Assembly: GCA_965216755.1 (NCBI GenBank)
Contig: CBDCGL010000011.1
Coordinates: 4,608,001-4,672,000, forward strand
Origin: Alphaproteobacteria bacterium
GTDB lineage: Bacteria > Pseudomonadota > Alphaproteobacteria > UBA7887
Reading direction: 5' to 3'
Length of the DNA stretch: 64,000 nt
Position numbers and translations under genes: made by a program. Below the pieces are notes generated by a model. The model searched no databases and had not been told where the DNA came from. It saw nothing but the letters and a program-made list of their open reading frames with translations. Below are positions 38,777-48,690 of the stretch, in pieces; the first letter of the stretch is position 1, and each line of letters begins with the position of its first letter.

Positions 38777-38949
38777 TAGGCCCGCGACATCGCGCAACGC
38801 CACCATGAATTGATCAACGTCCTCGCGCAGGGGTCGGACAGTCTGGAAAATTCCGATGCCGCCTGGAGATCTTGATTGGCCGCTTCGCCCGACTCCTGCG
38901 CCGCGTGAGTCACGCGGCCGATGTTGGATGATACATCCCGTGTGCCATT
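38777..38949 (-). pseudogene. Frameshifted C-terminal remnant of a methyl-accepting chemotaxis protein
   Basis: Hand translation gives NGTRDVSSNIGRVTHAAQESGEAANQDLQAASEFSRLSD, then after a frameshift LREDVDQFMVALR. This is a typical alphaproteobacterial MCP tail. Confidence 0.65.
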
Positions 38950-39500
38950 GCTCTGTCGTCCTAAGAAATCGGTGGGTCAGCCCGCGTGAGTTGAAGTCAG
39001 GTCTGGGATATTTCTGGTTGCGATCGCCTCCCATGCCCGGCCCTTTTTGAGGTTTCGAGCGAACCCCATGCTTGCTGCACAGAACTGATATGTCGGATTT
39101 CGTTTTGACCGCGCAATTTGCTTGTATATTCGCGGCGAAACGGGCATTGGCATATGCGCATGCGGGCTGGAGCGATCATTGGACGGTGCCATGATCCTTG
39201 AGCATTGCGAGGAGGGCGTACGGCAGCAAGTGCTTTCCATCGGATGTGGTGCGTTTAACCGGAATGTCCGTGGGGTCTTGATTATATCGCTATTTGCTTC
39301 AAGCCCTTGAAAGCTAGGATTGTCTTGCATAAGTTACCGGGCCGGTGGCATCGGGCGCCCCTTTTTGCAGAAGCGTCGAACCGGAATTGCGTCACTTAAC
39401 GCGCGTCGCTTGGGAACTGACTGGATCGGCTTTCAGTTGGTGCGTGGGCGGGGTTGCGATTTGGCGCGCGGCTTGGATTTGAATTGGAGCGGTCGCAGGC

Positions 39501-40478
39501 ATGGATGCATTGATTGACGTCAGCGGGATCGTCAAACGGTTTGGCGCCATTCCCGCTGTTGACGGCATATCCTTCGAAGTCCGTCGTGGCGAAGTGCTGG
39601 GTTTTTTGGGCCCCAACGGTGCCGGCAAGTCCACGACCATGCGAATGATCACGGGGTTCTTGACGCCCGATGGCGGGCGCGCCCAGGTTTGTGGTCATGA
39701 TGTTGTTGACGAGACAACCGCCGCACAGGCCAAGATTGGCTATTTGCCCGAGGGTGCACCCCTTTATGGAGATATGACAGCAGCGGACCTGCTGGAATTC
39801 GTGTCCCGGGCGCGTAGTATGGACGCCGGTGGCGCGCGTCGGCGCATTGATTGGGCCGTAAAGCAACTCTCGCTTGAATCGGTCATTGATCAATCGATCG
39901 ATACGCTTTCGAAGGGGTTCAAGCGCCGCGTCGGGTTGGCCCAGGCTATTGTCCATGATCCGGATGTGCTGATTTTGGACGAGCCGACGGATGGTCTGGA
40001 CCCCAACCAAAAGCACGACGTGCGCAAACTCATCGGTGAATTGGCGCGCGAAAAGGCAATTGTGATCTCCACGCACATCTTGGAAGAAGTCGATGCGGTG
40101 TGCACACGCGCGATGGTGATCAATCGCGGTCGCGTTGTCGCCGACTGTTCCCCTATGGAACTTGCCGCGCAGTCCCGCTATCACAATGCCGTCACATTAC
40201 GTGTCAGGAATATGACTGGTGAGGTTTTGCGTAAGGCATTGGAAACGGTGTCGGGCGTCGACGGCGTCGAGATCGAAGCTGATGTCAATGCCGATGCCGA
40301 AAATGGCGCGACAAGTTGTACGGTTTTTGCCCGCAATGGCGCGTCAATTGTTGGGGCGGTCAGCCAGCACGCCCACAACGTTGGCTGGGAAGTTGACGAA
40401 TTGCATGTCATGTCTGGCCATCTTGACGATGTCTTCAGATCCATGACCACCAGCGACACGGCCGCAAGCGCGCGCTAG
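39501..40478 (+). CDS. ABC transporter ATP-binding protein (GldA-like)
   Basis: GPNGAGKSTT, LSKGFKRRVGLAQA, LDEPTDGLDP. Confidence 0.92.
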   Translation: MDALIDVSGIVKRFGAIPAVDGISFEVRRGEVLGFLGPNGAGKSTTMRMITGFLTPDGGRAQVCGHDVVDETTAAQAKIGYLPEGAPLYGDMTAADLLEFVSRARSMDAGGARRRIDWAVKQLSLESVIDQSIDTLSKGFKRRVGLAQAIVHDPDVLILDEPTDGLDPNQKHDVRKLIGELAREKAIVISTHILEEVDAVCTRAMVINRGRVVADCSPMELAAQSRYHNAVTLRVRNMTGEVLRKALETVSGVDGVEIEADVNADAENGATSCTVFARNGASIVGAVSQHAHNVGWEVDELHVMSGHLDDVFRSMTTSDTAASAR

Positions 40479-40502
40479 CAAAGCAACGAAGTCTGAACCG
40501 CC

Positions 40503-41237
40503 ATGCACGAGACCTTTGCCGTTTTTAGACGTGAGCTGTCGGGCTATTTTGCCACGCCCGTCGCTTACGTTTTCATCGTGATTTTTCTGTTTCTGACGGG
40601 AATGTTCACGTTTTACATGGGCGACCTCTATGAAAGAGGCCAAGCGGACCTGGAACCATTCTTCATCTGGCACCCTTGGTTGTATTTGTTTCTAATTCCC
40701 GCTTTGTCCATGCGTCTGTGGGCCGAGGAAAGGCGAACCGGGACAGTCGAACTCTTGATGACGTTGCCGATTTCTCCGTTGCATGCGGTGATGGGAAAGT
40801 TCTTGGCCGCGTGGTGCTTTACCGCGATTGCCTTGATATTGACGTTCCCCGTCTGGCTGACCGTCAACTTTCTGGGGTCGCCCGACAATGGCGTTATCTT
40901 GGCGGGATATATGGGCAGCCTTTTGATGGCAGGTGGATTTCTCGCCATCGGATCCTGCATATCGGCGTTGACCAAGAACCAAGTTATCGCTTTTGTCATT
41001 GCGGTGGTTGTGTGTTTTTTGTTCACGGTTAGCGGGCTACCGTTGGTTTTGAACTTCTTTAGCGGCTGGGCGCCCCAGGCGCTGATCGAAACGATTGGTT
41101 CCTTCAGCTTTTTGACCAATTTTCAGGATATGTCGCGGGGCGTCATCGATTTGCGCAACGTGATCTACTTCGCGTCATTGATCGCGATTTGGCTGTACGC
41201 CAACGTGATCGCGGTCAACCACTACAAATCGGCGTAA
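40503..41237 (+). CDS. ABC-2 permease (GldF-like)
   Basis: RELSGYFATPVAY, MRLWAEERRTGTVELL. Confidence 0.9.
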   Translation: MHETFAVFRRELSGYFATPVAYVFIVIFLFLTGMFTFYMGDLYERGQADLEPFFIWHPWLYLFLIPALSMRLWAEERRTGTVELLMTLPISPLHAVMGKFLAAWCFTAIALILTFPVWLTVNFLGSPDNGVILAGYMGSLLMAGGFLAIGSCISALTKNQVIAFVIAVVVCFLFTVSGLPLVLNFFSGWAPQALIETIGSFSFLTNFQDMSRGVIDLRNVIYFASLIAIWLYANVIAVNHYKSA

Positions 41238-41247
41238 GGGCCTGGCG

Positions 41248-43227
41248 GTGATGAACAGAGGATCGCAAAAGCTCGCCGGTGTCGCGCTCATCTTGGCGGT
41301 GGTCGCATTCGTCGCGTTGAATGTGTTGTCGAACACGATTTTCAGCAGCGCGCGTGTCGATCTCACGGAAGAAGGCTTGTACACGTTGTCCGACGGATCC
41401 AAGTCCGTTCTTGGCAAACTATCGGAGCCCATCCTCTTGCAGTTCTTTTTCACGGAGGATTTGGCGACGGAGTTCACCAGCATCCGTGAGTACGCCATGC
41501 GCGTGCGCGATCTGTTGGAAGAGTACGTGGCGTCCTCCAATGGCATGTTGCGGATGGAAGTGATCAATCCCGAACCGTTTACCGACGCAGAGGACCTGGC
41601 TGTTAGCAATGGTTTGCAAGGCGTTTCGATCAGTTCTGGCGGTGAGCGTCTTTATTTCGGACTAGCGGCAACCAATACGACCGACGACCTCGAAGTGATG
41701 CCGTTCTTTCAGCAAGAACGAGAGCCATTCCTCGAGTATGACCTGACGCGCTTGATCTTGAGTTTGGACAACGCCAAAAAGCCGGTTATTGGACTGGTGA
41801 GTCATCTACCGATCAACGGCGGCATGGTCACGGATCCGCGCACGGGTCAGCCGAGCATGTCGGACCCCTGGGTTGTCATCCAACAGCTTCAACAGTTCTT
41901 CGACCTCCGCGATCTCGGGAAAGACGCGACGACGATCGATGAAGACGTCGATGTGCTGATGATCGTTCATCCGCGCGATCCGGCGCCGGAGTTCTTGTAC
42001 GCGGTTGACCAGTTTGTTCTAGCCGGTGGCAAGGCGCTGATTTTTGTCGATCCGTTTTCGGAGATTGGCGCCGCCACCGCCGAAGAACGAAATCCGATGG
42101 ATACCCAAAATTCCAACATGCAGGATGTTTTTTCGGCGTGGGGCATCGAATTGTCGCCGGGCATGATCGTGGGCGATATCGAGGCCGCGCGCATGGTCGG
42201 CATCGGTGGCGCGCAGCGACAGCAGGCCGTGCCTTACATCCCGTGGATGGAGTTGCGCGAGCAGCATTTTAACCGCGACGAAATCGTGACCAGCCAATTG
42301 GGGCGTTTGAATGTTGGCACGATCGGCAGTTTCCGTAAGCTGGAGGACGGTGCGGAAACGTCGTTCACGCCGTTGATCCAATCCGGCCCGCAGGCCATGG
42401 AGTTTGAGCGCTATTTGGTTCAGTTCCGGCCCGACCCCGAAGCTCTCTTGGAGAATTTCGTGCCGGCAAATGAACCGTTCACCTTGGCCGCGCGCGTCGC
42501 AGGAAACGTGCAAAGCGCTTTTCCTGACGGACCGCCGGGAGAAGATGGTGACAGTCGCGCGGCGGAGACGGGCGCAGGGGAAAACGGGCAAGAAGCGGCC
42601 GGCGAAGATGGCAATACCGCTGGTGCGGCCACGATACCGGATGGCCATCTTGCGGAATCGGTTGAACCGATATCTGTTTTGCTCGTGGCCGACAGTGACA
42701 TTCTGGCAAATGGACGCTGGGTCCAACTTCAAGATTTTCTTGGTCAAAGCGTCGCCATTCCAGTCGCCGACAATGGGGCCTTCGTTGTGAATGCGTTGGA
42801 GGTCTTGGCAGGTGGTAACGATCTGATCGGCCTGCGGACCAGAAGTTCCGCCGTACGCGAATTTGATGTTGTCGCCGACTTGCGACGAAACGCGGAAGCG
42901 CGCTACCGGGAAACGGAAACGCAACTGCAAGCACGTTTGCAGGAGACGGAAAGCAAACTCGCCGAGCTGCAGGGATCAGATACTGGCGATGCGATGGTGC
43001 TGACGGACGAACAGCAAGCCACCATTGAGGAATTCAGAGCCGACTTGGTTTCGACCCGGCGCCAGCTTAGGGATGTTCAATTCGCACTGCGGGAAGATAT
43101 TGAGAACCTGGGCGTTTGGTTGAAGTTTCTCAATATCGGACTCGTGCCGGTCCTTGTAGCGGGCATTGCGATCGTGGTGTCCTTGGTGCGACGCCATCGG
43201 CGCAGACGGGGTGTGGCACATGCGTGA
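41248..43227 (+). CDS. GldG-like ABC-type auxiliary component
   Basis: DLTEEGLYTLS, EYDLTR, VDQFVLAGGK; N- and C-terminal TM helices. Confidence 0.88.
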   Translation: MMNRGSQKLAGVALILAVVAFVALNVLSNTIFSSARVDLTEEGLYTLSDGSKSVLGKLSEPILLQFFFTEDLATEFTSIREYAMRVRDLLEEYVASSNGMLRMEVINPEPFTDAEDLAVSNGLQGVSISSGGERLYFGLAATNTTDDLEVMPFFQQEREPFLEYDLTRLILSLDNAKKPVIGLVSHLPINGGMVTDPRTGQPSMSDPWVVIQQLQQFFDLRDLGKDATTIDEDVDVLMIVHPRDPAPEFLYAVDQFVLAGGKALIFVDPFSEIGAATAEERNPMDTQNSNMQDVFSAWGIELSPGMIVGDIEAARMVGIGGAQRQQAVPYIPWMELREQHFNRDEIVTSQLGRLNVGTIGSFRKLEDGAETSFTPLIQSGPQAMEFERYLVQFRPDPEALLENFVPANEPFTLAARVAGNVQSAFPDGPPGEDGDSRAAETGAGENGQEAAGEDGNTAGAATIPDGHLAESVEPISVLLVADSDILANGRWVQLQDFLGQSVAIPVADNGAFVVNALEVLAGGNDLIGLRTRSSAVREFDVVADLRRNAEARYRETETQLQARLQETESKLAELQGSDTGDAMVLTDEQQATIEEFRADLVSTRRQLRDVQFALREDIENLGVWLKFLNIGLVPVLVAGIAIVVSLVRRHRRRRGVAHA

Positions 43228-43275
43228 TCAGTGCGCCAAGCTGGACGATATTCGACATAGACGCGTGACGAAGCG

Positions 43276-44580
43276 ATGAAGAATAAGACACTCGTGATAT
43301 TGGCGGTGATCGCGGTCATTTTTGTTGTCGGTGCAATTTTCGCTGTGCAACAACGCGACTCGGCGTCGCGGCAGCAGGTGGTTGGAGAACGTCTGTTTCC
43401 GGGGTTGGTGGATCAGGCGAATGACGTGGCCAAGCTGACGGTCTTCAGCCCAGACGGGGAATACGCCATGGTCCGCGTCGACGATGGCTGGATTTTGGAG
43501 ACGAAAGACGGATATCCGGCGAAGTTTGACAAGGTGCGCGGCGCCATACTCGCAGTGGCTGATACGGAACTGATTTCAGCCAAGACCAACGATCCTTCGC
43601 GGCATGGCGAACTTACGCTTGGGGAGCCGGACGGGGCCGACGGTGCTGGCACGCGCGTTATTCTTACCAATGCCGATGATCAGCCACTGGCATCGTTTAT
43701 TCTGGGCAAATCCGGGCGTGGGGCGAACCGACACTATGTGCGGCGTTCGGACGAAACGCAAACCTGGTTGGCGCAAAGCCGGCTGGACCTGGGCGCCGGC
43801 GCGCTTGACTGGGTTGAAAAGGTCATAACCACGATCGATCGTGATCGGGTTCACAAGGTAACGATCGACCACCCAGACGGGTCACAGGTCGTCGTCGATA
43901 AGGCCGGGCTCGCCGGCAGCACAATCGCATTGGCGGATATTCCAGAAGGCGCGACTATCAAGGACCGGGCTATCTTGGGCGGCATCGTCAGTGCGTTGAC
44001 CTACCTGGCATTTGACGATGTGGCGAATGCGGAGTCGCGTGAATTCAGCGAGACTTCTATTATCACCACGGTCAAGACGTTTGATGGCCTTAGTGTCGTC
44101 GTCGAGAGTATGCCGGTCGAGGACCAGGTCTGGATCAAGATGTCGGCACGCTTTGACGAAACTGACATTGTCGTTCCGAGTGATGTGCCGGAAGAGACGG
44201 CCGAAGAAGGCGATGCTGCGGCTGGCGAAGAGGAGCCAGTGGAATCGGCAAATGACTCCGACGAAGCCGAGACAGAGACAGCCCCTGACCAGGAAACCGA
44301 TGACGGTCCGCTTCTAAGCGCCGAAGAGGCGCAGCAAGAGGCCGACGATCTCAATGCTGTTTTTCAGGGTTGGGTTTTCGCTTTGGCCGAGCCAAAGGCT
44401 GAGCGTCTCATATCGACGATGGCCGACATCGTCGACTATCCGGAACCTGACCTGGAACTGGAAGATGGTGATTTGCCGCCACTGGAAGGTGGCGCCGATC
44501 TACCGGATAACATACCAGGACTGGAAAGCGTGCTGCCGAACGCGACCGGCGACGCAACAACGGACGGGAACAGTCCATAG
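43276..44580 (+). CDS. DUF4340-like membrane-anchored protein with acidic C-terminus
   Basis: N-terminal TM helix, GYPA and YVRR motifs, canonical position after a GldG-like gene, D/E-rich tail. Confidence 0.75.
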   Translation: MKNKTLVILAVIAVIFVVGAIFAVQQRDSASRQQVVGERLFPGLVDQANDVAKLTVFSPDGEYAMVRVDDGWILETKDGYPAKFDKVRGAILAVADTELISAKTNDPSRHGELTLGEPDGADGAGTRVILTNADDQPLASFILGKSGRGANRHYVRRSDETQTWLAQSRLDLGAGALDWVEKVITTIDRDRVHKVTIDHPDGSQVVVDKAGLAGSTIALADIPEGATIKDRAILGGIVSALTYLAFDDVANAESREFSETSIITTVKTFDGLSVVVESMPVEDQVWIKMSARFDETDIVVPSDVPEETAEEGDAAAGEEEPVESANDSDEAETETAPDQETDDGPLLSAEEAQQEADDLNAVFQGWVFALAEPKAERLISTMADIVDYPEPDLELEDGDLPPLEGGADLPDNIPGLESVLPNATGDATTDGNSP

Positions 44581-44590
44581 TCAAGTCCGA

Positions 44591-45472
44591 TTAGCGTTTG
44601 CTGCCAAGAATGGCACCGGTTTTTGAGCGTGGGTCACGCAGCATCCAGCGGCCTGCGTCGACGGATGCCAGAAAATCGGCGACCGATCGGTTGAACATAT
44701 CCGGCTCTTCTAAATTGATGGTGTGCCCGCTCTGCGGAATGACCAGGAGTCCCGCGCTGGGAATCGCCCGTTTCAGATAGACGTCCGCGTCAAGACACGG
44801 TTCGTCTTCGTCACCCGTAACAATCAGCGTTGGCACCGTGAGGTCGCGCAGTTGTGGCTCCAGGTCGTAGAGCGAGGGTCGCGTTTTCATATAGCCCCGC
44901 AATGTGTTGGCCGAGCCCTTTGCGGAGTGTTCGCCGAGCTGGTCGGCGAATTCCTGCCAACCGCGTGGGTCCTTGTTTTGGAACTGAACGCGTGTCGGTC
45001 CGATGGCGTAGCTCTTGGCCGCATGTTCGGCGCCATGTTCGTCGAAAGCGGCCGCCGCGGCTTCCACTTCCTCCAGGAAACGCTCGCGATTGTGCTTGTC
45101 AGCGCCGTAACCACAGCCGGCGACGACCAATGACAAAGCACGATCGGGGTGGCGCAGGCCGAAATGGAGTGTGGCGAAGCCACCCATTGAAAGGCCGACC
45201 ACATGAGCCTTGTCGATGCCGAGGTGGGTTAAAACATGACCAATGTCGTCGGCCACGATGTCTTGACCATGTTGATCAGGGTTGTCCGTGATATCCGAGG
45301 GAGGGTAGCCCCGTGCACTGTATGTGATGCAGCGGTAGCGGCGGCTGAAATAGCGAACCTGCGGCTCCCAACTTCGGTAGTCGCCAGCAAACTCATGGGC
45401 AAAGATGATGGGCGTGCCTTGCCCGGTTTCTTCATAGTAAAGCTTGATCCCGTTGGCATTGGCATAGGGCAT
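44591..45472 (-). CDS. Alpha/beta hydrolase
   Basis: GLSMGG nucleophile elbow; GDEDE; GHTINLEEP. Confidence 0.9.
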   Translation of the reverse strand: MPYANANGIKLYYEETGQGTPIIFAHEFAGDYRSWEPQVRYFSRRYRCITYSARGYPPSDITDNPDQHGQDIVADDIGHVLTHLGIDKAHVVGLSMGGFATLHFGLRHPDRALSLVVAGCGYGADKHNRERFLEEVEAAAAAFDEHGAEHAAKSYAIGPTRVQFQNKDPRGWQEFADQLGEHSAKGSANTLRGYMKTRPSLYDLEPQLRDLTVPTLIVTGDEDEPCLDADVYLKRAIPSAGLLVIPQSGHTINLEEPDMFNRSVADFLASVDAGRWMLRDPRSKTGAILGSKR

Positions 45473-45579
45473 GGTCGACCTCTCCACACGCGTCGTGAGC
45501 GACGATGAGCTTACACCAAGACTAAAGGTGACCGACGATTTCCGACACTCGTTTGACTCATATCAGCCGTGTCGATGCC

Positions 45580-45845
45580 GACCGGGATCCATTGCGATTG
45601 TATTTGACGCCGGTGCCGCAAAACTCATTGTCGAGCAAGAAACGGAAGCAAGCGCGGACGCAAGAGTAGGTCGGTTCTCCAGGCTCTCGTTCAAGGTTGC
45701 GGATGCGACGGTCGCCCACGATATGTTGCGACGCCGCGGCGTGGTTCTTGCGGGGGCACCCGATCCACAATATTGGGGCGGCACTTTGGTCCATTTTGAG
45801 GATCCAGATCGCAACGTTCTCACATGGGTTCAGTACCCAAACTAA
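45580..45845 (+). pseudogene. VOC/glyoxalase-family protein, apparently missing its N-terminal half
   Basis: LSFKVAD...GV...QYWGG...FEDPDRN is the second VOC module. No plausible first module or start codon. Confidence 0.55.
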
Positions 45846-46858
45846 CACGTTGCCTTTTCCGCTTCGGTATAGAACGCATCGGCGTGGCAGTCCGGTCGGC
45901 GCAGCCCGCGCGCGACCAGAAGATCGATCGTGCTTTCGACCATTGCTGGCGGACCTGCGACATAAGCTTTCCACCCGGTGAGCTCGGCGTGATCGGCTGC
46001 TGCCACAGCACCGACGAGACCTGTGCGAAATTCTGTCGGACCCGCCGGCTCGGACAATACCGGTGTGAAGGCGACGTTGTCGTGCGCGGCCGCGAGTTTG
46101 GCAAAATATTCGATAAGGTAGAGATCCTGTTCTTGACGGGCGCCAAAATAGACATGAAGTGGCTGTTCCATGCCGAATGCAACGGCGGTTTCAACGATGG
46201 ATTTGATGGGGGCGAGACCCGACGAACCAGCGATGGCCAACATCGGGCCGTCGAATGAGTCGCGCAGGAACGAAACACCCAACGGGCCCTCGACACGCAC
46301 GCGATCGCCGATCTTCAGCGTATCCTTGACGTGGCCACTGACGGTGCCCTCCGCAATTTGCCGGATGTGGAATTCTATCTGACTTAGGCCGGGACGGTTG
46401 GCCATAGAAAAGTCACGCGGCGGCTGGCCATCAAAAGTTAGGCTGGCATATTGACCGGCTGAAAATGCAAATGGTTCCCCCGAGTCGATGTTCAGGCCGA
46501 TCACCCGAATATCGTGTGTCGCATCCATGACGGACGATACGGTGCAGGCGAGAACCCGATTTGGGTGTGCGACGACTTCTTCGGCATACAGGAAGGCGAC
46601 CTCGCAGTCGCTCTTTGGTTCCGCGCGACAGGCAAGGATAAGGCCGCGGTCTTTTTCTTCCGGTTTCAGGACAAAGGATGAGTGGAAGCGCAGCTTGACA
46701 TCGCCCGACAGCAATGCGGATTTGCATGCACCACAATTGCCAGAGCGGCATCCGAATGGATAGTCAAGGCCGGCGACCAAGGCCGCTTCGAGGATTGTCT
46801 GGCCGGCTTTCGTCTCGAAGGTCCGATCAAACTGGCGAACTTTGATTGTGTGTGGCAC
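45842..46858 (-). CDS. 2Fe-2S ferredoxin-NAD(P)H reductase (oxygenase reductase type)
   Basis: CRSGNCGAC and LAC (2Fe-2S), RDFSMA (FAD), GSSGLAP, AGPPAMV. Confidence 0.92.
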   Translation of the reverse strand: MPHTIKVRQFDRTFETKAGQTILEAALVAGLDYPFGCRSGNCGACKSALLSGDVKLRFHSSFVLKPEEKDRGLILACRAEPKSDCEVAFLYAEEVVAHPNRVLACTVSSVMDATHDIRVIGLNIDSGEPFAFSAGQYASLTFDGQPPRDFSMANRPGLSQIEFHIRQIAEGTVSGHVKDTLKIGDRVRVEGPLGVSFLRDSFDGPMLAIAGSSGLAPIKSIVETAVAFGMEQPLHVYFGARQEQDLYLIEYFAKLAAAHDNVAFTPVLSEPAGPTEFRTGLVGAVAAADHAELTGWKAYVAGPPAMVESTIDLLVARGLRRPDCHADAFYTEAEKATC

Positions 46859-46992
46859 GTTGCTGCGTCCGTGAGTTCCGAAGGGTGGGCTGTGGTCTCC
46901 GATGGACCGGGCGGACATTAGTCGTGCTGCGTCCTCGGGGTCAAACCGTACGCGCTGGCGCGCTCAGCCCACAGAAAAGTACAGAGTGCATC

Positions 46993-47691
46993 ATGACCGA
47001 ATTTGTCTTGCCGGAATGGCCACGATCCGCCGTGGCCGTTTCGGGAACCGAGAAGACTTTTGCGGTTCACCATATCTATTGCGTCGGGCGCAATTACGCT
47101 GAACATGCGCGCGAGATGGGAACTGATCCCGATCGCGAACCACCGTTCTTCTTTGCGAAGAGCGCTGATTGTGTGGTTCCGGGCGGAGGCCGTGTTGTGT
47201 ATCCGCCGCGCACCGCGGATCTTCACCACGAGATCGAGTTGGTGGTGGCGATCGAAAAAGCCGGCGCGGATATACCGCGCACCGCCGCGAAGACGTACAT
47301 TTTTGGCTACGCGGTTGGCCTGGACTTGACCCGCCGAGACTTGCAAGCCGAAGCCAAGGCCAAAGGGCGGCCCTGGGATGTTGGGAAATCATTCGCGATG
47401 GCAGCACCGATCGGTGCATTGCGTCCTGCCGCCGACATCGGACATCCCGTTGCCGGGGCGATCTGGTTTGACGTCAATGGAAAGCGCCGCCAAGCGGGGG
47501 ATTTGCGTGACATGATCTGGCGGGTCGACGAAGTGATCGCCGAATTGTCAACCTACTACACGCTCATGCCGGGCGATTTGGTTTTTACCGGGACGCCCGC
47601 CGGTGTCGATGCGCTGTCGCCGGGTGATCACGGTCATGGCCACATTGACGGTGTCGGGGACCTTACTATCGAGGTTGTTGCGGGTTCATGA
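46993..47691 (+). CDS. Fumarylacetoacetate hydrolase-family protein (fumarylpyruvate hydrolase-like)
   Basis: YCVGRNYAEH, HHEIEL, DLTRRDLQ, TGTPAGV. Confidence 0.92.
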   Translation: MTEFVLPEWPRSAVAVSGTEKTFAVHHIYCVGRNYAEHAREMGTDPDREPPFFFAKSADCVVPGGGRVVYPPRTADLHHEIELVVAIEKAGADIPRTAAKTYIFGYAVGLDLTRRDLQAEAKAKGRPWDVGKSFAMAAPIGALRPAADIGHPVAGAIWFDVNGKRRQAGDLRDMIWRVDEVIAELSTYYTLMPGDLVFTGTPAGVDALSPGDHGHGHIDGVGDLTIEVVAGS

Positions 47692-47702
47692 CATTGAAAT
47701 CC

Positions 47703-48119
47703 TCAAGACAGTGTGTCACGAAAGTCGGTCGGAATGGGCGCGGCGCGCAGACGCTCAGGATGCTCGCGGTCGCGAACACCGAGAATGCGAATTTCGAAAC
47801 CGATCGCAACTGTCTCCGCCTTGGTCACAAATCGATGCGCCATCTTGAAGGTTTTCCGTTTCCATTCCGCGACGGAGCTGCGCACGACGAAATGGTCACC
47901 ATGGCGCATCGGCGATAGGAACTGGGCGCCGGTCTCGACCAAGGGCGTGCCGAAAAAAGCGTCGAACCGTGCCCGAAGTGCCGCGTGATCAAGTCCACGT
48001 GATTCGAGAAAGGCCCAGGTGGCTTCATCCATCCAACGGTAGAAATTCGGGTAAAATACGATCGCGGCGGGATCGCAGTCGCCCCATTCGACTCGGCGGG
48101 CTAGCACATGTTCGGTCAT
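47703..48119 (-). CDS. 4-hydroxybenzoyl-CoA-type thioesterase (hotdog fold)
   Basis: WGDCDPAAIVFYPNF. Confidence 0.88.
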   Translation of the reverse strand: MTEHVLARRVEWGDCDPAAIVFYPNFYRWMDEATWAFLESRGLDHAALRARFDAFFGTPLVETGAQFLSPMRHGDHFVVRSSVAEWKRKTFKMAHRFVTKAETVAIGFEIRILGVRDREHPERLRAAPIPTDFRDTLS

Positions 48120-48217
48120 GGTGGCATGTTTCTCCGGCTTTCGATTCGGATATCGTAGCAATATCGGATGCAGGGACCCATCGCGCATATGCGTGCACGG
48201 GAGATTGAGCAGCGGCC

Positions 48218-48670
48218 ATGAGCAAACGGTATTTGGACGATTTTGTGCCCGGCGAAACCATCATGTTGGGTCAGCGTACATTGTCGAGAGATGAGATTGT
48301 CGCCTTTGCCACTGACTTCGATCCTCAGCCTTTTCACATTGATGAGAAAGCCGCACAAGGGACGATCTATGGCGGCCTGATTGCCAGCGGTTGGCACACC
48401 GTTGCCGTATTGATGCGTATGCTGGTCGATGGCTTGCTATCCCAGTCGGCCAGTCTTGGTTCGCCGGGTGTCGACAAACTGCGCTGGCTGAAGCCTGTGC
48501 GTCCTAACGACACCCTGACGGCACGCGGTAAGGTGCGAACGGTACGGCTGTCACGGAGCAAACCGGACCGAGGGATCGTCGAAATCACCTATGAAGTGAT
48601 TAATCAGAACAATGATTTGGTCTTGACCATGGATGCGTTGGGCATGTTTGCGCGGCGCACCGGCGCATAA
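48218..48670 (+). CDS. MaoC-family dehydratase
   Basis: FDPQPFHID, GLIASGWHT, PVRPND. Confidence 0.9.
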   Translation: MSKRYLDDFVPGETIMLGQRTLSRDEIVAFATDFDPQPFHIDEKAAQGTIYGGLIASGWHTVAVLMRMLVDGLLSQSASLGSPGVDKLRWLKPVRPNDTLTARGKVRTVRLSRSKPDRGIVEITYEVINQNNDLVLTMDALGMFARRTGA

Positions 48671-48690
48671 GGCCGGGCAGAAAGCGGTGA

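Noticed and set aside
38900-38918. Perfect palindrome gccgcgtga-g-tcacgcggc
   Set aside because: It lies inside the MCP remnant (codons for GRVTHAA), is GC-rich and occurs once, so it is likely chance.
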